Positions 40,398-50,636 are shown, numbered from the stretch's first letter. The stretch: 64,000 nt of DNA from Candidatus Krumholzibacteriota bacterium (GCA_963806035.1 CAWDWO010000035.1:43702-107701); one strand, 5' to 3'. The notes: a model not told the origin generated them from the letters alone. Numbers and translations are program-made.

Positions 40398-41360
40398 TCA
40401 GTTGCGCCGGTCACGCCAATCTGAAAGGCTCGCCGGCAGTTCTTCGAGCAGCCCAAGGTAGCGCCGGTAGCGGCCCGCATCCAGTTCGCCCCGCTCCACC
40501 GCCGCGCGAACCGCACAGCCCGGTTCGTGATCGTGCAGGCAGTCGCGAAAGCGGCACTCTCCCTCGTGCGCGGCGAACTCGACGAAGCAGGCCGCGAGAT
40601 CGGGGCGCGCCATCCCCCAGAGGCCGAATTCGCGCATGCCGGGGGTGTCGGCCAGATACCCGCCGTGACTCAAGGGGAAGAGACGGCTGGTGGAAGTGGT
40701 GTGTCGGCCCTGACCGCTCTTCTCCGTGACCTGCGAGGTGCGCAGCTTCAGGCCAGGCTCCAGCGCGGTGATGAGGCTGGACTTGCCCACGCCGCTGAGA
40801 CCCACGAAAGCGCCAATCCCGCGCGACATGGCCTCGCGCAGCTCCTCGATCCCCTGGTCCTTCAGAGCCGAGCAGAGCTGCACCGGAAGACCGAGTGAGG
40901 CGTAGAGGGCGCGCACCGGGCCGGGATCGGCGGCTTCCTTCAGGTCCGCCTTGTTCAGCACCAGACCGAAGTCCACCCCCTGATGGCGGGCGGCCGCGAG
41001 GATCCGATCGACGAACATCAGATTGAGGGCTGGCTCGGCCAGAGAGGCGATGACCCACAGCCGGTCCAGGTTCGCGATGACCACCTGCTCCTGGTACTGG
41101 CGACGCCCTCCGCTGGGCGCGGGACGCGAGATCTGGTTCTCGCGCGGCAGGATCTCCTGGATGACGCCGTGCTGGCCCTTGGAACTGGCTTCCTCCTTGA
41201 AACGAACGCGATCGCCGATGACGGCCACGCGGACCTTCAGCTGACGGCCCTGGAGCAGACGGCCCGCGATGGTACAGGCCCGGATTTCGCCGCCATCCTC
41301 GCAGCTGGCCTGCACCAGGTAACGATTGGCGCCGTGTTGAATGACGAGACCTTCGATCAC
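40398..41360 (-). CDS. rsgA: Small ribosomal subunit biogenesis GTPase
   Basis: NKAD, GLSGVGKSS, GRHTT, DTPGMRE, CRFRDCLHDHEPGCAV. Confidence 0.96.
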   Translation of the reverse strand: MIEGLVIQHGANRYLVQASCEDGGEIRACTIAGRLLQGRQLKVRVAVIGDRVRFKEEASSKGQHGVIQEILPRENQISRPAPSGGRRQYQEQVVIANLDRLWVIASLAEPALNLMFVDRILAAARHQGVDFGLVLNKADLKEAADPGPVRALYASLGLPVQLCSALKDQGIEELREAMSRGIGAFVGLSGVGKSSLITALEPGLKLRTSQVTEKSGQGRHTTSTSRLFPLSHGGYLADTPGMREFGLWGMARPDLAACFVEFAAHEGECRFRDCLHDHEPGCAVRAAVERGELDAGRYRRYLGLLEELPASLSDWRDRRN

Positions 41361-41553
41361 ACACCCCCCACGGGCCTCCCCGCCGGCTCATCGCCACCGG
41401 GCCCCCTCTGATGGGTTCTTCCTTTGCAAACGAGGGAACAACAGTTCCCCGGACTTGTCTAGCTCACTCCCTTTTGCTACTGTTTCACCATCTTCTTGAA
41501 AAATCCTCTTTTCCCGCCGGGCTCCGTCATCGCGACTCCACCTGGCCCCACCG

Positions 41554-42015
41554 ATGAACGTCGAACAATTGATGCAGCATGTCGACCCCTCCCTCTGGAT
41601 CGGAAATCTCTCCGCACGCAACAAAGACGAAGCCCTGCAAAAACTGACGGAAGCCCTCGTTTCGTCGGGAAAAGTCAAGAATGGCGCGGTCATTCTGGAA
41701 ATGCTGCGGAATCGTGAAGCGCTCGGATCCACCGCGGTGGGAAGTGGCGTGGCCTTCCCGCACGGTCGCTCCGTCGCCATTTCCGACCTGATCATCCTGG
41801 TCGCCCGCAGCCCCAAGGGAGTCGACTTCGACAGCATCGACGGAGAGAAGACCAAGCTCTTTTTTCTGCTCTTGGCGCCCCCGCAGGACCGGGGAAACAT
41901 TTATTTGCAGGCCCTGGGAGTGATCACCGGGCTGGTCCAGCGGGACGAGGTCCGGGAAAAGCTGCTGAAAGCCGCCAATTTCGATGCCATGATGACCGTG
42001 CTCAAGGAGGCCTGA
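41554..42015 (+). CDS. PTS EIIA (Ntr/Fru-type) domain protein
   Basis: REALGSTAVGSGVAFPHGR, GVDFDSIDG. Confidence 0.9.
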   Translation: MNVEQLMQHVDPSLWIGNLSARNKDEALQKLTEALVSSGKVKNGAVILEMLRNREALGSTAVGSGVAFPHGRSVAISDLIILVARSPKGVDFDSIDGEKTKLFFLLLAPPQDRGNIYLQALGVITGLVQRDEVREKLLKAANFDAMMTVLKEA

Positions 42016-42019
42016 GGCT

Positions 42020-42370
42020 TTGAGCCCCAAAAGCAACGTCCAGCTTCTCGTCGCTCTGCAAGACCTGGATCAGATGATCCGCGAAGCCGAAGACACCAAG
42101 AACCGGGAAGCTCTGGAGAAGATGGGATTCCCCGTGAGCGGGCTGGATGAGTTGCGAAAGGCCCACGCAAAACTGGAGTCACAGCTCCCGCCGCAACTGG
42201 TGCGCCGCTACAAGCGCATCAAGGATCGAACCGGAAGGGCCCTGGTTCCCGTGGTGGACAGCACCTGCACCGGCTGCTTCACCAACGTGCCCGCCATCTT
42301 CACCAGCGCGATCAACGAGAACAAAGTCATGTTCTGCGAGACCTGCGGCCGGATGCTCTTCTGGCCCTAG
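42020..42370 (+). CDS. Short C4 zinc-ribbon protein (CT398/HP0958-like)
   Basis: LVALQDLD N-terminus; Y.RI, CTGC..CETCGRML. Confidence 0.8.
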   Translation: MSPKSNVQLLVALQDLDQMIREAEDTKNREALEKMGFPVSGLDELRKAHAKLESQLPPQLVRRYKRIKDRTGRALVPVVDSTCTGCFTNVPAIFTSAINENKVMFCETCGRMLFWP

Positions 42371-42526
42371 ACCCCGGCCCTTCTCCTCCTCTTTTTTCGC
42401 CAAAGCCCACGGCGGCTTCTGAGCATTCACCACGGTCAAAATCCAACCACGGAGCTCGCTGGGTCCGCCACAGACCCTGGCTTGTATCGTATTTGATTCC
42501 AGCGACTTACTGGCAGGATTCGGGCT

Positions 42527-42542
42527 GGGCATCTCCGTTGCA
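42527..42542 (+). promoter_or_regulatory. Putative sigma54 promoter upstream of bactofilin
   Basis: GGGCAT-CTCCG-TTGCA, GG-N10-GC spacing. Confidence 0.45.
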
Positions 42543-42640
42543 CCAGGGCGCGGGCAGGGGGAGGTTCTTTGGCGACATCTTCCCTTTGGCACCTAACTTC
42601 AGCCCCGTATTCCGCAACGGGCCGCGACATTGGAGGAAGC

Positions 42641-43180
42641 ATGTTCGGAGGCAAAGACAAGCCGCAAGATTTCGATTCGATTCCCCCGACCCCGACCACA
42701 CCCAGCGTGAACTCGACTCCCAAGCCCAAGAGCCAGAACAGGGACCAGAACAAGGACCAGATCACGGCCTACCTGGGACCGGACGTTCACATCGAGGGCA
42801 AGCTGAGCTTTCAGAACTCGGTTCTCATCGAGGGCCGCTTCAACGGAGAGATCGAGAGTGGAGGCAGCCTGATCATCGGCGAGAACGCCGAGGTCGACGC
42901 ACAGATCACCACCAAGACCATCGCCATCAAGGGCAAGGTCAAGGGCAGCATTCAGGCTTCCGAGAGAGTGGAGCTCCAGGGCAATGGCGAGCTGCAGGGT
43001 GACATCGTGACACCTTCCTTGCAGATGGACGAGACGGTGTTTTTCCAGGGTTCCTGTTCGATGCCTTCGGCTTCGGGCACGCGGATCCAGTCCAAGAAGA
43101 GCGAGAACAGCTCGCAGACGAACTCGAAGAAAGAGAGCGTCGAGGAGATCGTGGACGCGGTGGGAAGCACCAAGGATTGA
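42641..43180 (+). CDS. Bactofilin (polymer-forming cytoskeletal protein)
   Basis: GGAGG then MFG; LGPDVHIEGKL..IEGRFNGEI..GKVKGSI..GDI..FQGSCSM. Confidence 0.92.
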   Translation: MFGGKDKPQDFDSIPPTPTTPSVNSTPKPKSQNRDQNKDQITAYLGPDVHIEGKLSFQNSVLIEGRFNGEIESGGSLIIGENAEVDAQITTKTIAIKGKVKGSIQASERVELQGNGELQGDIVTPSLQMDETVFFQGSCSMPSASGTRIQSKKSENSSQTNSKKESVEEIVDAVGSTKD

Positions 43181-43213
43181 GCTGAGTCTCTACCCATCGA
43201 CTCCGAAGAGACG

Positions 43214-43245
43214 AAGGCCGGATCCCCGCGGGGATCCGGCCTTTT
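43214..43245. terminator. Intrinsic terminator, perfect 30-bp palindrome between convergent genes
   Basis: aaggccggatccccgcggggatccggcctttt. Confidence 0.8.
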
Positions 43246-43270
43246 GCTTCCCCTGATCTGACGAGGCGCC

Positions 43271-44548
43271 TCAGATGTCGCCGGGAAGACCGCTGCTCTC
43301 TCTCAGGGTCAAGCCGCGCGCCAGTACCTCGTCGACTTCCTCCACGATGCGATTGGCCTCGCCACCGTCGTCGATTCCGTCCAGATCGCGGCTCTTGTCC
43401 TTCTCGAGTTTCTGCCGTTCGAAGGCCGCGATTTCCTCCGCGGTCATCACTCCCGGCTCCTTCTCGAAGATGAATTCCTCCGCGAAGTCGACCGTGATGA
43501 GGTCCCCGCGGACCACCTGCCCGCTCGAGATGAGGTGGCCGATGGGCGTCACGAGCTTGCTTTCGACCGCGCGGCGCAAAGGGCGCGCGCCGAAACGCGG
43601 ATCGTGACCTTCCTCCACCAGTTTTTCCTTGGCCTTCGCGCTCACCCGCAAGAGGAAGGGCTCGGTGCAGCTTATGCTGCGGATGTGTATGTCGGCGATG
43701 AGATTGTCCAGAATCTGGTAGAGGTGCGATTCCTTGAGGGTGTCGTAGCTGATCAGCTCGTCGAATCGATTCAAAAACTCGAAGGGAAAGACCTTGCGCG
43801 CCTCGCGCAGTGCGGCTTCGTGGACGTCATGATCCAGACGTTCCTCGTCGTCGCCGTCGTAGAAACCGATGTCCTGGTGGGAGAGATGCTTCCCCATGGC
43901 CTCGCTCCCCACGTTGGTGGTGAGCACGATGATGCTGCGCCGGAAATCGACTTCCTCGTTGTTGCCCAGCACCAGATTCCCGTCCTCGAGGATCCCGAGC
44001 AGCATGCTCCAGAGCTTGGGATGGGCCTTCTCGATCTCATCGAAAAGCACGAGCGAGAGCCCTCCCTCCTCGTCGCCATTGGAGAAGCTACCCAGGCTGT
44101 CCTGAAACAGTCCCAGTCCCTCCTCGACCGCCTTCTTGTAGTGCCTCTCCAGGTTCTCGGTGGAGAGCAGTGGCTTGATCTCGCCTCCCACGTAGCCCGG
44201 CGGGCTTCCCAGAAGTTTGGAGAGATTGTAGTGGGCCGAATATTCCTGGCAGTTCACTCGGGTGAAGGCCTTGCGGCTGCCGAAGAGAGCCTCGGCCAGG
44301 CAGCGCACGGTCTCGGTCTTTCCCACCCCGGTCGGGCCCAAGAGCATCATGGTGAGAATGGGGCTTTCCGGGTCGTGAATGCCCGCCAGGAGCCTGGAAA
44401 AGGAATTGGTGACGGTCTCCAGAGCGCCCGGCTGACCGACCACCATTTTCTGCATGAGGTCGTGAAAGCGGGCAAGCTGAGGGTTGCGCTGACTCGGATC
44501 GAGCCGGACGCGATCGGAAGCCACGGGGCACCGTGCCGGTTGAGCCAA
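43271..44548 (-). CDS. Stand-alone ClpA/B/C D2-type AAA+ ATPase
   Basis: TTG after GGAGGAG; VVGQ, GPTGVGKTE, GSPPGYVG, LFDEIEKAH, TTNVG, EFLNR, FGARPLRR. Confidence 0.88.
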   Translation of the reverse strand: MAQPARCPVASDRVRLDPSQRNPQLARFHDLMQKMVVGQPGALETVTNSFSRLLAGIHDPESPILTMMLLGPTGVGKTETVRCLAEALFGSRKAFTRVNCQEYSAHYNLSKLLGSPPGYVGGEIKPLLSTENLERHYKKAVEEGLGLFQDSLGSFSNGDEEGGLSLVLFDEIEKAHPKLWSMLLGILEDGNLVLGNNEEVDFRRSIIVLTTNVGSEAMGKHLSHQDIGFYDGDDEERLDHDVHEAALREARKVFPFEFLNRFDELISYDTLKESHLYQILDNLIADIHIRSISCTEPFLLRVSAKAKEKLVEEGHDPRFGARPLRRAVESKLVTPIGHLISSGQVVRGDLITVDFAEEFIFEKEPGVMTAEEIAAFERQKLEKDKSRDLDGIDDGGEANRIVEEVDEVLARGLTLRESSGLPGDI

Positions 44549-44949
44549 GGGAATCTCCTCCAGAAGGGCGGTCAAGCCGCGGTCGTGGCCTCTGCGCCCC
44601 CCCGGCGCACGAAGCGACGCTCTTGGTATCTGCAGGACATGCAGGATAAAGACCGGAAGCGAATGCCCGCGCCGGGGCCTCCTGATCCGCGCTTCGCCCC
44701 ACGGGCCTCGTCCCACAGAGGGCGGGGAAGAGCGCGCCCCCATGGGGAATCATGGGGAGGGCGGCTCCCCCGATCTACCCCACGAGAGAGACTTCGGGTG
44801 GGCTCGGGGGCGGCTAATTCAGGGAATTTTGCTCAGGAAAATCGCCCCCGCAGGGGCTGGCGAAGCTTGCAAAAGGAAAGGGAGTCTCGCATCACGGCAA
44901 GACTCCCCTGACCAAAATTCGTCCTCTCGGGGCGGCGGTGCCGGGGACC

Positions 44950-46629
44950 CTACTGCAGGTCCAGGGGCTTCAGGTAGGAGGCGCGGGCTCCGCCCACGTC
45001 TTCCTTGAAGCGGTCATCCGAATGGGGAGAAACCGGCGAATGGGCTTTGATGTAGTCCGCCAGGGCTTCCCGCGTGAGAATGCCGCTATAGTTGATCTTG
45101 TCGGGAGGGATCTCCGCCAAAAAGTCCAGTCCGCTGTTTCCCTCCATCAGGAAGTCGCTGGTGACGACCTTGTATTCCTTCCCCGGCACGACGGGCGTCC
45201 CATCGAGCAGGGTGAGTTGCAACACGCGCTGGCCGTACGGAGCATCGGGATCGACGACGGCCTTCACTCCGCTGTAGGCGATACCACTGCTGTGACGTCC
45301 CGACTTGCGCTCGAAGATGCGGCGGATCATGGAGCCGTCCATCTGCACCGTGGCCAGAGAGTTGCCGAAGGGCAAGACGCGCATCAGGTCACCCATGGTG
45401 ATACGGCCCACGGAGAGGTTCGCGCGCAGCCCTCCCATGTTCGTGAAGGCGAAATCGGCATCCTGGGCCTCCATCATGGCCGAAGTCACCAGGATTCCCA
45501 TGCGCGAGAGGGGGCCGCCGCTGCGAGACAGCTCCACGGTCGACCTTCCCACCGTCTTGTCCAGACCCTTGCGGGCGTCCGCGATGTAGGGTTCCAGATC
45601 GTCGGCCATCTCGCGGTCCGGCCAGTACTGGTCCTCGAAGAGGGTGATGAGAGTGCCGTCGCGGCGCGGGCTCTCGTAGCCCATGACCTGCTTGGTGGCC
45701 CGGTCGACGAGAAGTATGACGTGGCCGATGGAGGAACCGTTGCCGAAAGTCTCGAAGACCATGGCCTGCGTCACCGGGTCGATCCACGGCTTGCGATAGC
45801 CGCGATGGGTGTGGCCACCGATGATGACGGGAATCCCCGACACCACGTGCGCGATGTCCATGTCGCCTTCGGCATGTTCCTCGAGATCGTCCCCCTCCTT
45901 CACCCGCTTCACCAGCTCCTTCCAGCCGGTCTCGGGATCGTAGGGCAGGCCCTCGTGGATGAGCGCGAACACCAGGTCGACGTGCTCCTGGTTCTTCAGG
46001 ATGTCGCGATACTTCTCCAGGGCGGGAGGAATGGGACGGAAATCCAGGCCCTTCACGTTCTCGTCGAAGGCCATGGACTTGGTGGCCGGTGTGATGGCGC
46101 CGATGATTCCAATCTTGAGACCGGCCTTTTCGACCACGCGATACGGCTCCACCCAGTCGACGAGTTGGTCCGTCCCCTCCTTGTAGAGGTTGGCGCAGAC
46201 GAATTTCTGATTCATCGCGGCCGACATGCGGATGGGCACGTCCTTGCCCTTGTCGAATTCGTGATTCCCCACCGTGACCGCGTCGTAGTGCATGGTGTTG
46301 AAGTAGGTCTCCATGACCCTGCCCTGGCTCAGCGTCCCCACGGGCGCTCCCTGCCAGGTGTCACCGGCATCGACCAAAAGAACCCCCTGGTTGGGATCAC
46401 CCTTGGCCTCGGCCCTGATCTTGTGCACGTAGGCCGCCGCCGCCGCCCCACCACCCAGGGGAGGCGGGTAATCGGGGTTCATGAAGTACGCTTCCTCCGG
46501 CCCGACGTGGCCGTGGATGTCGTTCGTCCACAAGAGATGAAGGCGGATCATCCCCTCGTCTGCAGCCCGCGCGCTCGGCGCGAAGAGGATGCTGAGGGTG
46601 AAGATGAGAAGTAGGGTTCTGGCTCGCAT
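44950..46629 (-). CDS. Exported 5'-nucleotidase / UshA-family metallophosphoesterase
   Basis: Signal peptide; TNDIHG, DAGD, GNHEFD, GGHTH, NMGGLRA, PFGN. Confidence 0.92.
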   Translation of the reverse strand: MRARTLLLIFTLSILFAPSARAADEGMIRLHLLWTNDIHGHVGPEEAYFMNPDYPPPLGGGAAAAAYVHKIRAEAKGDPNQGVLLVDAGDTWQGAPVGTLSQGRVMETYFNTMHYDAVTVGNHEFDKGKDVPIRMSAAMNQKFVCANLYKEGTDQLVDWVEPYRVVEKAGLKIGIIGAITPATKSMAFDENVKGLDFRPIPPALEKYRDILKNQEHVDLVFALIHEGLPYDPETGWKELVKRVKEGDDLEEHAEGDMDIAHVVSGIPVIIGGHTHRGYRKPWIDPVTQAMVFETFGNGSSIGHVILLVDRATKQVMGYESPRRDGTLITLFEDQYWPDREMADDLEPYIADARKGLDKTVGRSTVELSRSGGPLSRMGILVTSAMMEAQDADFAFTNMGGLRANLSVGRITMGDLMRVLPFGNSLATVQMDGSMIRRIFERKSGRHSSGIAYSGVKAVVDPDAPYGQRVLQLTLLDGTPVVPGKEYKVVTSDFLMEGNSGLDFLAEIPPDKINYSGILTREALADYIKAHSPVSPHSDDRFKEDVGGARASYLKPLDLQ

Positions 46630-46689
46630 GACTGTCTCCTGGGGGTTTCCGCCGCGGCGGGCTTCGTCCTTCCTAGGAATATAGTAAAG

Positions 46690-48057
46690 TTAGAAGCTTC
46701 GGGAGACCCCCAGCAGCAGGCTCACCATTCCATCTTCTACTTTCGAAAGGCCCTTGGGCGCCGCATCGTCCGGACGATCCGTCCAGGTCAGAGTACGGTC
46801 GAAAATGAAGGCCTGCCGGCTCGTCTGCCGGTGATATTGCAGAGTCACGTCGATCTGGTATCCCGCGGTCTGGTAGCCCACGCCGCCGGAGAAGATCGAG
46901 CGGTTCGATTCGGGATCGGCGTAATTTTCCAGGTAGCGGAAGCCGAAGCGCGCCGGAACGTTGTTGTAGAAGACGTGCTCCAGCCCGAAACGTACATCCC
47001 AGGTGTCGCGAAGAGTACCGCTTTGGACAAAAGCGGCGGTCCGGTAACTCTCGTCGGCCACCCCTTCCCAGAAACGGCGCACCAGGTCCACCGAGAACAC
47101 GGTGGCCAGGAGGTTGCGCGGACGATAGGTGACGCCGGCCCGCAGGGTTCCCGGATACTTGACCTTGACGTCGCCGCTCTGCACCGGCATGACCACCATG
47201 CTCTGGTCGTAGGGCATCCAGGTCCCGATCGTCGAATCCATGGAGCTGATCGCGCCCTCGACGGTGAACGGACCCTCGAAGCTCGCTCCCACCTCCAGGC
47301 GCTCGTTTACCGTACCGGACACTCCAGCCGTCCATCCCCAACCGCGCAACTCGTGATCGAAGGCAGCCGATCCGGGGTCACCGGTGAAGTTGCTCTGATA
47401 GAGCGAGGTGGTCCGCGTGCTGGCCCGGTGCTTCAGAGTACCGGTGTAACGGTGGAGGCTGATTCCCATGCTGAGCCGAGGCATGATCTCCATTCCGTAG
47501 CCGAAGGAGATCGAGCGCAGTCTTCCCTCGATCTGATAGTCGCGCAGCTGGATCACCGCATCGCGCGTGACGGGATCGTAAGGCGAAGGATCACGAATCT
47601 CCTCGAAGTAGTCGTAGTCGAAGCTGTAACGATCGAAAACCCCGATGCCTACCGTCATGCTGTGCTCGGGCAAGAGCTGATAGATCGCGCCGCCCTGCAG
47701 GAGACCATAGCTGTTGCGATTGCTGGCCACCGTGGTGTCGGTCACGTAGGAATTGAAGGAATCGAAGAGCGGTTGGAAGCGGTCCTCGTTGACCTGAGAG
47801 ATCCCGCCGTTGAATTCCACCCGGATACGGCCATCCATTCGCGATAGCATCGCGGGGTTCGCGATGAGATTGGCGCTGCCCTGATAGAGGGCCGCACCCA
47901 CTGAGCCCATGGCCGCCGCGCGCGGGGTTTCCGCGCCGAAGGGCGTCCCGAAGGCTGCGTCCAGAGTGGTGGTTGCCACCGCTCCGGGAACCGCCGCTAC
48001 TTGCAGCAGCAGAACCATCATGATGAACAGTGAGCTTCTGCGAATCGTGCCACGCAT
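46690..48057 (-). CDS. FadL/PorV-like outer-membrane beta-barrel
   Basis: Signal peptide; PRAAAMG..NPAML hatch motif; amphipathic strands; terminal Phe (LGVSRSF). Confidence 0.75.
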   Translation of the reverse strand: MRGTIRRSSLFIMMVLLLQVAAVPGAVATTTLDAAFGTPFGAETPRAAAMGSVGAALYQGSANLIANPAMLSRMDGRIRVEFNGGISQVNEDRFQPLFDSFNSYVTDTTVASNRNSYGLLQGGAIYQLLPEHSMTVGIGVFDRYSFDYDYFEEIRDPSPYDPVTRDAVIQLRDYQIEGRLRSISFGYGMEIMPRLSMGISLHRYTGTLKHRASTRTTSLYQSNFTGDPGSAAFDHELRGWGWTAGVSGTVNERLEVGASFEGPFTVEGAISSMDSTIGTWMPYDQSMVVMPVQSGDVKVKYPGTLRAGVTYRPRNLLATVFSVDLVRRFWEGVADESYRTAAFVQSGTLRDTWDVRFGLEHVFYNNVPARFGFRYLENYADPESNRSIFSGGVGYQTAGYQIDVTLQYHRQTSRQAFIFDRTLTWTDRPDDAAPKGLSKVEDGMVSLLLGVSRSF

Positions 48058-48067
48058 GGGATACTCC

Positions 48068-50635
48068 CTAGAAGTTATAGTCGAGCTGGAGGCGGAAGGC
48101 CGTGATTTCTCGTTTGTCGCCCGCGCGGAACTCGCTGGGGACGGAATTGGCGTACTGACGAATCTCCAAGTTGTCCCGCGTGCGTTGCCGGTCGTGGGTC
48201 ATCTTGAAGCGCACCAGCATGTTGTCAGATAAACGACTCTGTACGAGGAACCAACTACGGATGCCTTGGCCATCGACTGCGATGAACTCGTTGTCCTCGA
48301 AGTTCCAGAGAAAGCCGTCATAGATCTCCGAACTCAGAGTGAACTGGAGACGATCGTTGACGTTGTGAATCAGCATGCCCTGAATGGCCTGGCTGGGACT
48401 GGCGGACTGTGACAGCGGCGAAAAGTTGCTGCCGTCCGGTTCGGCCGGACCGCCCAAGCGCGGACGCGGTGCGAACTGCGTGTTGGTGTTGCTGTAGAGC
48501 AAGCGCAGTTCGTCGTAAGCTGTAAGCCGTCCCCGCACCTCGAAGCGGCTGTCCCAACTCTTGAAGCGCCGGTTGTCGAAAAGCTCCTCGCTAGCGCGGT
48601 CGCTGTAGCGTTGCCGCACCCGGAAGCGCAACGGCCATATTGGCGCGTATTCCACCCGCAGGGTGTAACGACGCTGACTCTGGCCGTCGGCCTTGCGCAC
48701 CCACTGGTCGAATTCCAGACCACTGATCGTGATCTGCCGGCTGATGCGATAGCGCGTCTGCAGGAAGATTCCGCGTTCGGCCTTGGTCTGCGGCGTACTG
48801 TTTTCGAGCCAGCTATAGAGCGGTGAATTCAGGCGGAAGGGATCGGTGAGCAGAGTCTGCTCGTAACGGCTGTCCTCACCGAAGGGCCGCGCGTAGGGGT
48901 TGTCGAAGCCCACATCGTAATCACGATACAGGGCAAAAATGTTGAAGTTCTCCCACTGCGTGTAGCCGGTGAACACCATGGCGTCCGGAGCGCTGGAGAG
49001 CAATCCACCGTCGGGGTTCGAGTCGAGTTTCGCGTACTCACCCTGGAAGGCCACGTTGTCCACCACGGTCTGGAACTCGGCTCCCAGCACGCGCCGGAAC
49101 TTGCCCAGCGGCCTGGAATCGTAAGCGTTGAAGAGCTCGGAATCCCGGCCGTCCAACAGATCGGTGCGAGCCACGATCGTGTTCACGTTGGGATCGAAGG
49201 GCAGATTGTGGTGTGCTTCGTAACCGGAAAGACCCACGTAGGTTCCGGGCCAGATCTCGTAGCGCAACAGGCCGCCGTAGAGATCCTCGTCGAAGGCGCC
49301 GCGGCGGATGTTGCTCCCCATGAGCTCGTACTGGTCGTTCTCGAAGCGCGGACTGCCCACGATGTACTTGTTGATGCTCACCGCGTTGCCGTTGGAGTCG
49401 AAGTTCAGGATCCCGTCCTTCTTGCCCTTGCTGATGAAGCCCAGAGCCTGGAAATTCCCCAGAGAGGCCTCGACCGCCGCGCCACGCAAAGCGAATTCGT
49501 AGGAACGGCTCATGTCGCCCAGAAGTCCCTGGGGACGCTTGTTGAAGCCGGTGCCCGTCTTGCGGCTCAGGAAATAGTCAGTGTTGTCCATGACCAGTCC
49601 CTGACCGAAGGCCACACGGAAGTTGCCCAGCACGACCTTGTCGAGCTGGTACCTCTCGTTGTTCTGGTTGCGCCATTCGAGGAAGTATTTGGCGGTCTCT
49701 GCCAAGTTGTTTTCCCCGACGTCGCGGAAGGTGCTCACGCCGGCCTTCCACTGCAGCCCCATGCGCAGCCTTAGCTTGGTCAGTACCGCGGGATTGGGGC
49801 TGTCCAGGTGCGCGATCCCGTAGGGAGTTTCCTCCGTGAAGTTCGGCGGCTCGGTGCTGGTCACCGCGGGGTGGAAGGTTTCGGTCAGGATATCCTTCTC
49901 ATCCAGCAGGTAGGGCGTATTGAAAGTTTGAATCTGCATGCTGCCGTGCAGCTTCATGTCCTGTTCCGGCGGCGCGTAGACCACGTAGTCGCGCAGATTC
50001 CGGTACGCCCAGTAGCTCAGCCCATCCGCGCTGCGCAGCTGGCGATCGCTCTGGATCTTGCCCGAACGCTCACGCGCCTTGATGATCGCAGTCGCGTCTA
50101 CCGGCGAAACGTTCTGGTAGCTCTGCAGATCGTAGAGCGAGAGTTCGTTGATGTCCTGGGGCTCGAGCAATTGGTCGCGGTATTCGTCGGCCAACTCCTC
50201 GCTGGCTCCCTCGCGACTCAGAAATCTCTGCAATTGCCGAAACGACTCGTCGTAGCGTCGCACCCAGTCTTCTTGGGTCTTGGGCGGCATCGTCGCCACC
50301 AAGGGCAAGAGCTTCTGAATCATCTCCGGAGTGACGCCCTCGACGTGACGGAGGTCGTAGATCGAATCGAAGTAACTGCGGTAGGTGCGGTACTCGTAAA
50401 TGGCATCGGCCACCTCGGCGGGGATCGGCAGCTTCTTCAGCTGCTCCCGGGTCGCACGATTGAGGTCGAGCTTCCCTCGAACCACGGTGCTATCCGTCTC
50501 GAGTTCGCGGGCCTCGATGGCCTCCCGTCGGGAGTCCCCCTGCTCGTACTGGGCATGAGAACTCGCCACGGGCAGCAGAAATAACGCCGCTGCCAGGAGG
50601 AGTCCGCGCCGCATGCTCTCGCGCGGAGCGTTCAC
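48068..50635 (-). CDS. ComEA-type helix-hairpin-helix protein with C-terminal outer-membrane beta-barrel
   Basis: LDLNRATREQLKKLP..AIYEYR..F.SIYDL..VEGV and a second DINELS..L unit; GNFRVAFGQGL; ends RLQLDYNF. Confidence 0.8.
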   Translation of the reverse strand: MNAPRESMRRGLLLAAALFLLPVASSHAQYEQGDSRREAIEARELETDSTVVRGKLDLNRATREQLKKLPIPAEVADAIYEYRTYRSYFDSIYDLRHVEGVTPEMIQKLLPLVATMPPKTQEDWVRRYDESFRQLQRFLSREGASEELADEYRDQLLEPQDINELSLYDLQSYQNVSPVDATAIIKARERSGKIQSDRQLRSADGLSYWAYRNLRDYVVYAPPEQDMKLHGSMQIQTFNTPYLLDEKDILTETFHPAVTSTEPPNFTEETPYGIAHLDSPNPAVLTKLRLRMGLQWKAGVSTFRDVGENNLAETAKYFLEWRNQNNERYQLDKVVLGNFRVAFGQGLVMDNTDYFLSRKTGTGFNKRPQGLLGDMSRSYEFALRGAAVEASLGNFQALGFISKGKKDGILNFDSNGNAVSINKYIVGSPRFENDQYELMGSNIRRGAFDEDLYGGLLRYEIWPGTYVGLSGYEAHHNLPFDPNVNTIVARTDLLDGRDSELFNAYDSRPLGKFRRVLGAEFQTVVDNVAFQGEYAKLDSNPDGGLLSSAPDAMVFTGYTQWENFNIFALYRDYDVGFDNPYARPFGEDSRYEQTLLTDPFRLNSPLYSWLENSTPQTKAERGIFLQTRYRISRQITISGLEFDQWVRKADGQSQRRYTLRVEYAPIWPLRFRVRQRYSDRASEELFDNRRFKSWDSRFEVRGRLTAYDELRLLYSNTNTQFAPRPRLGGPAEPDGSNFSPLSQSASPSQAIQGMLIHNVNDRLQFTLSSEIYDGFLWNFEDNEFIAVDGQGIRSWFLVQSRLSDNMLVRFKMTHDRQRTRDNLEIRQYANSVPSEFRAGDKREITAFRLQLDYNF

Positions 50636-50636
50636 G

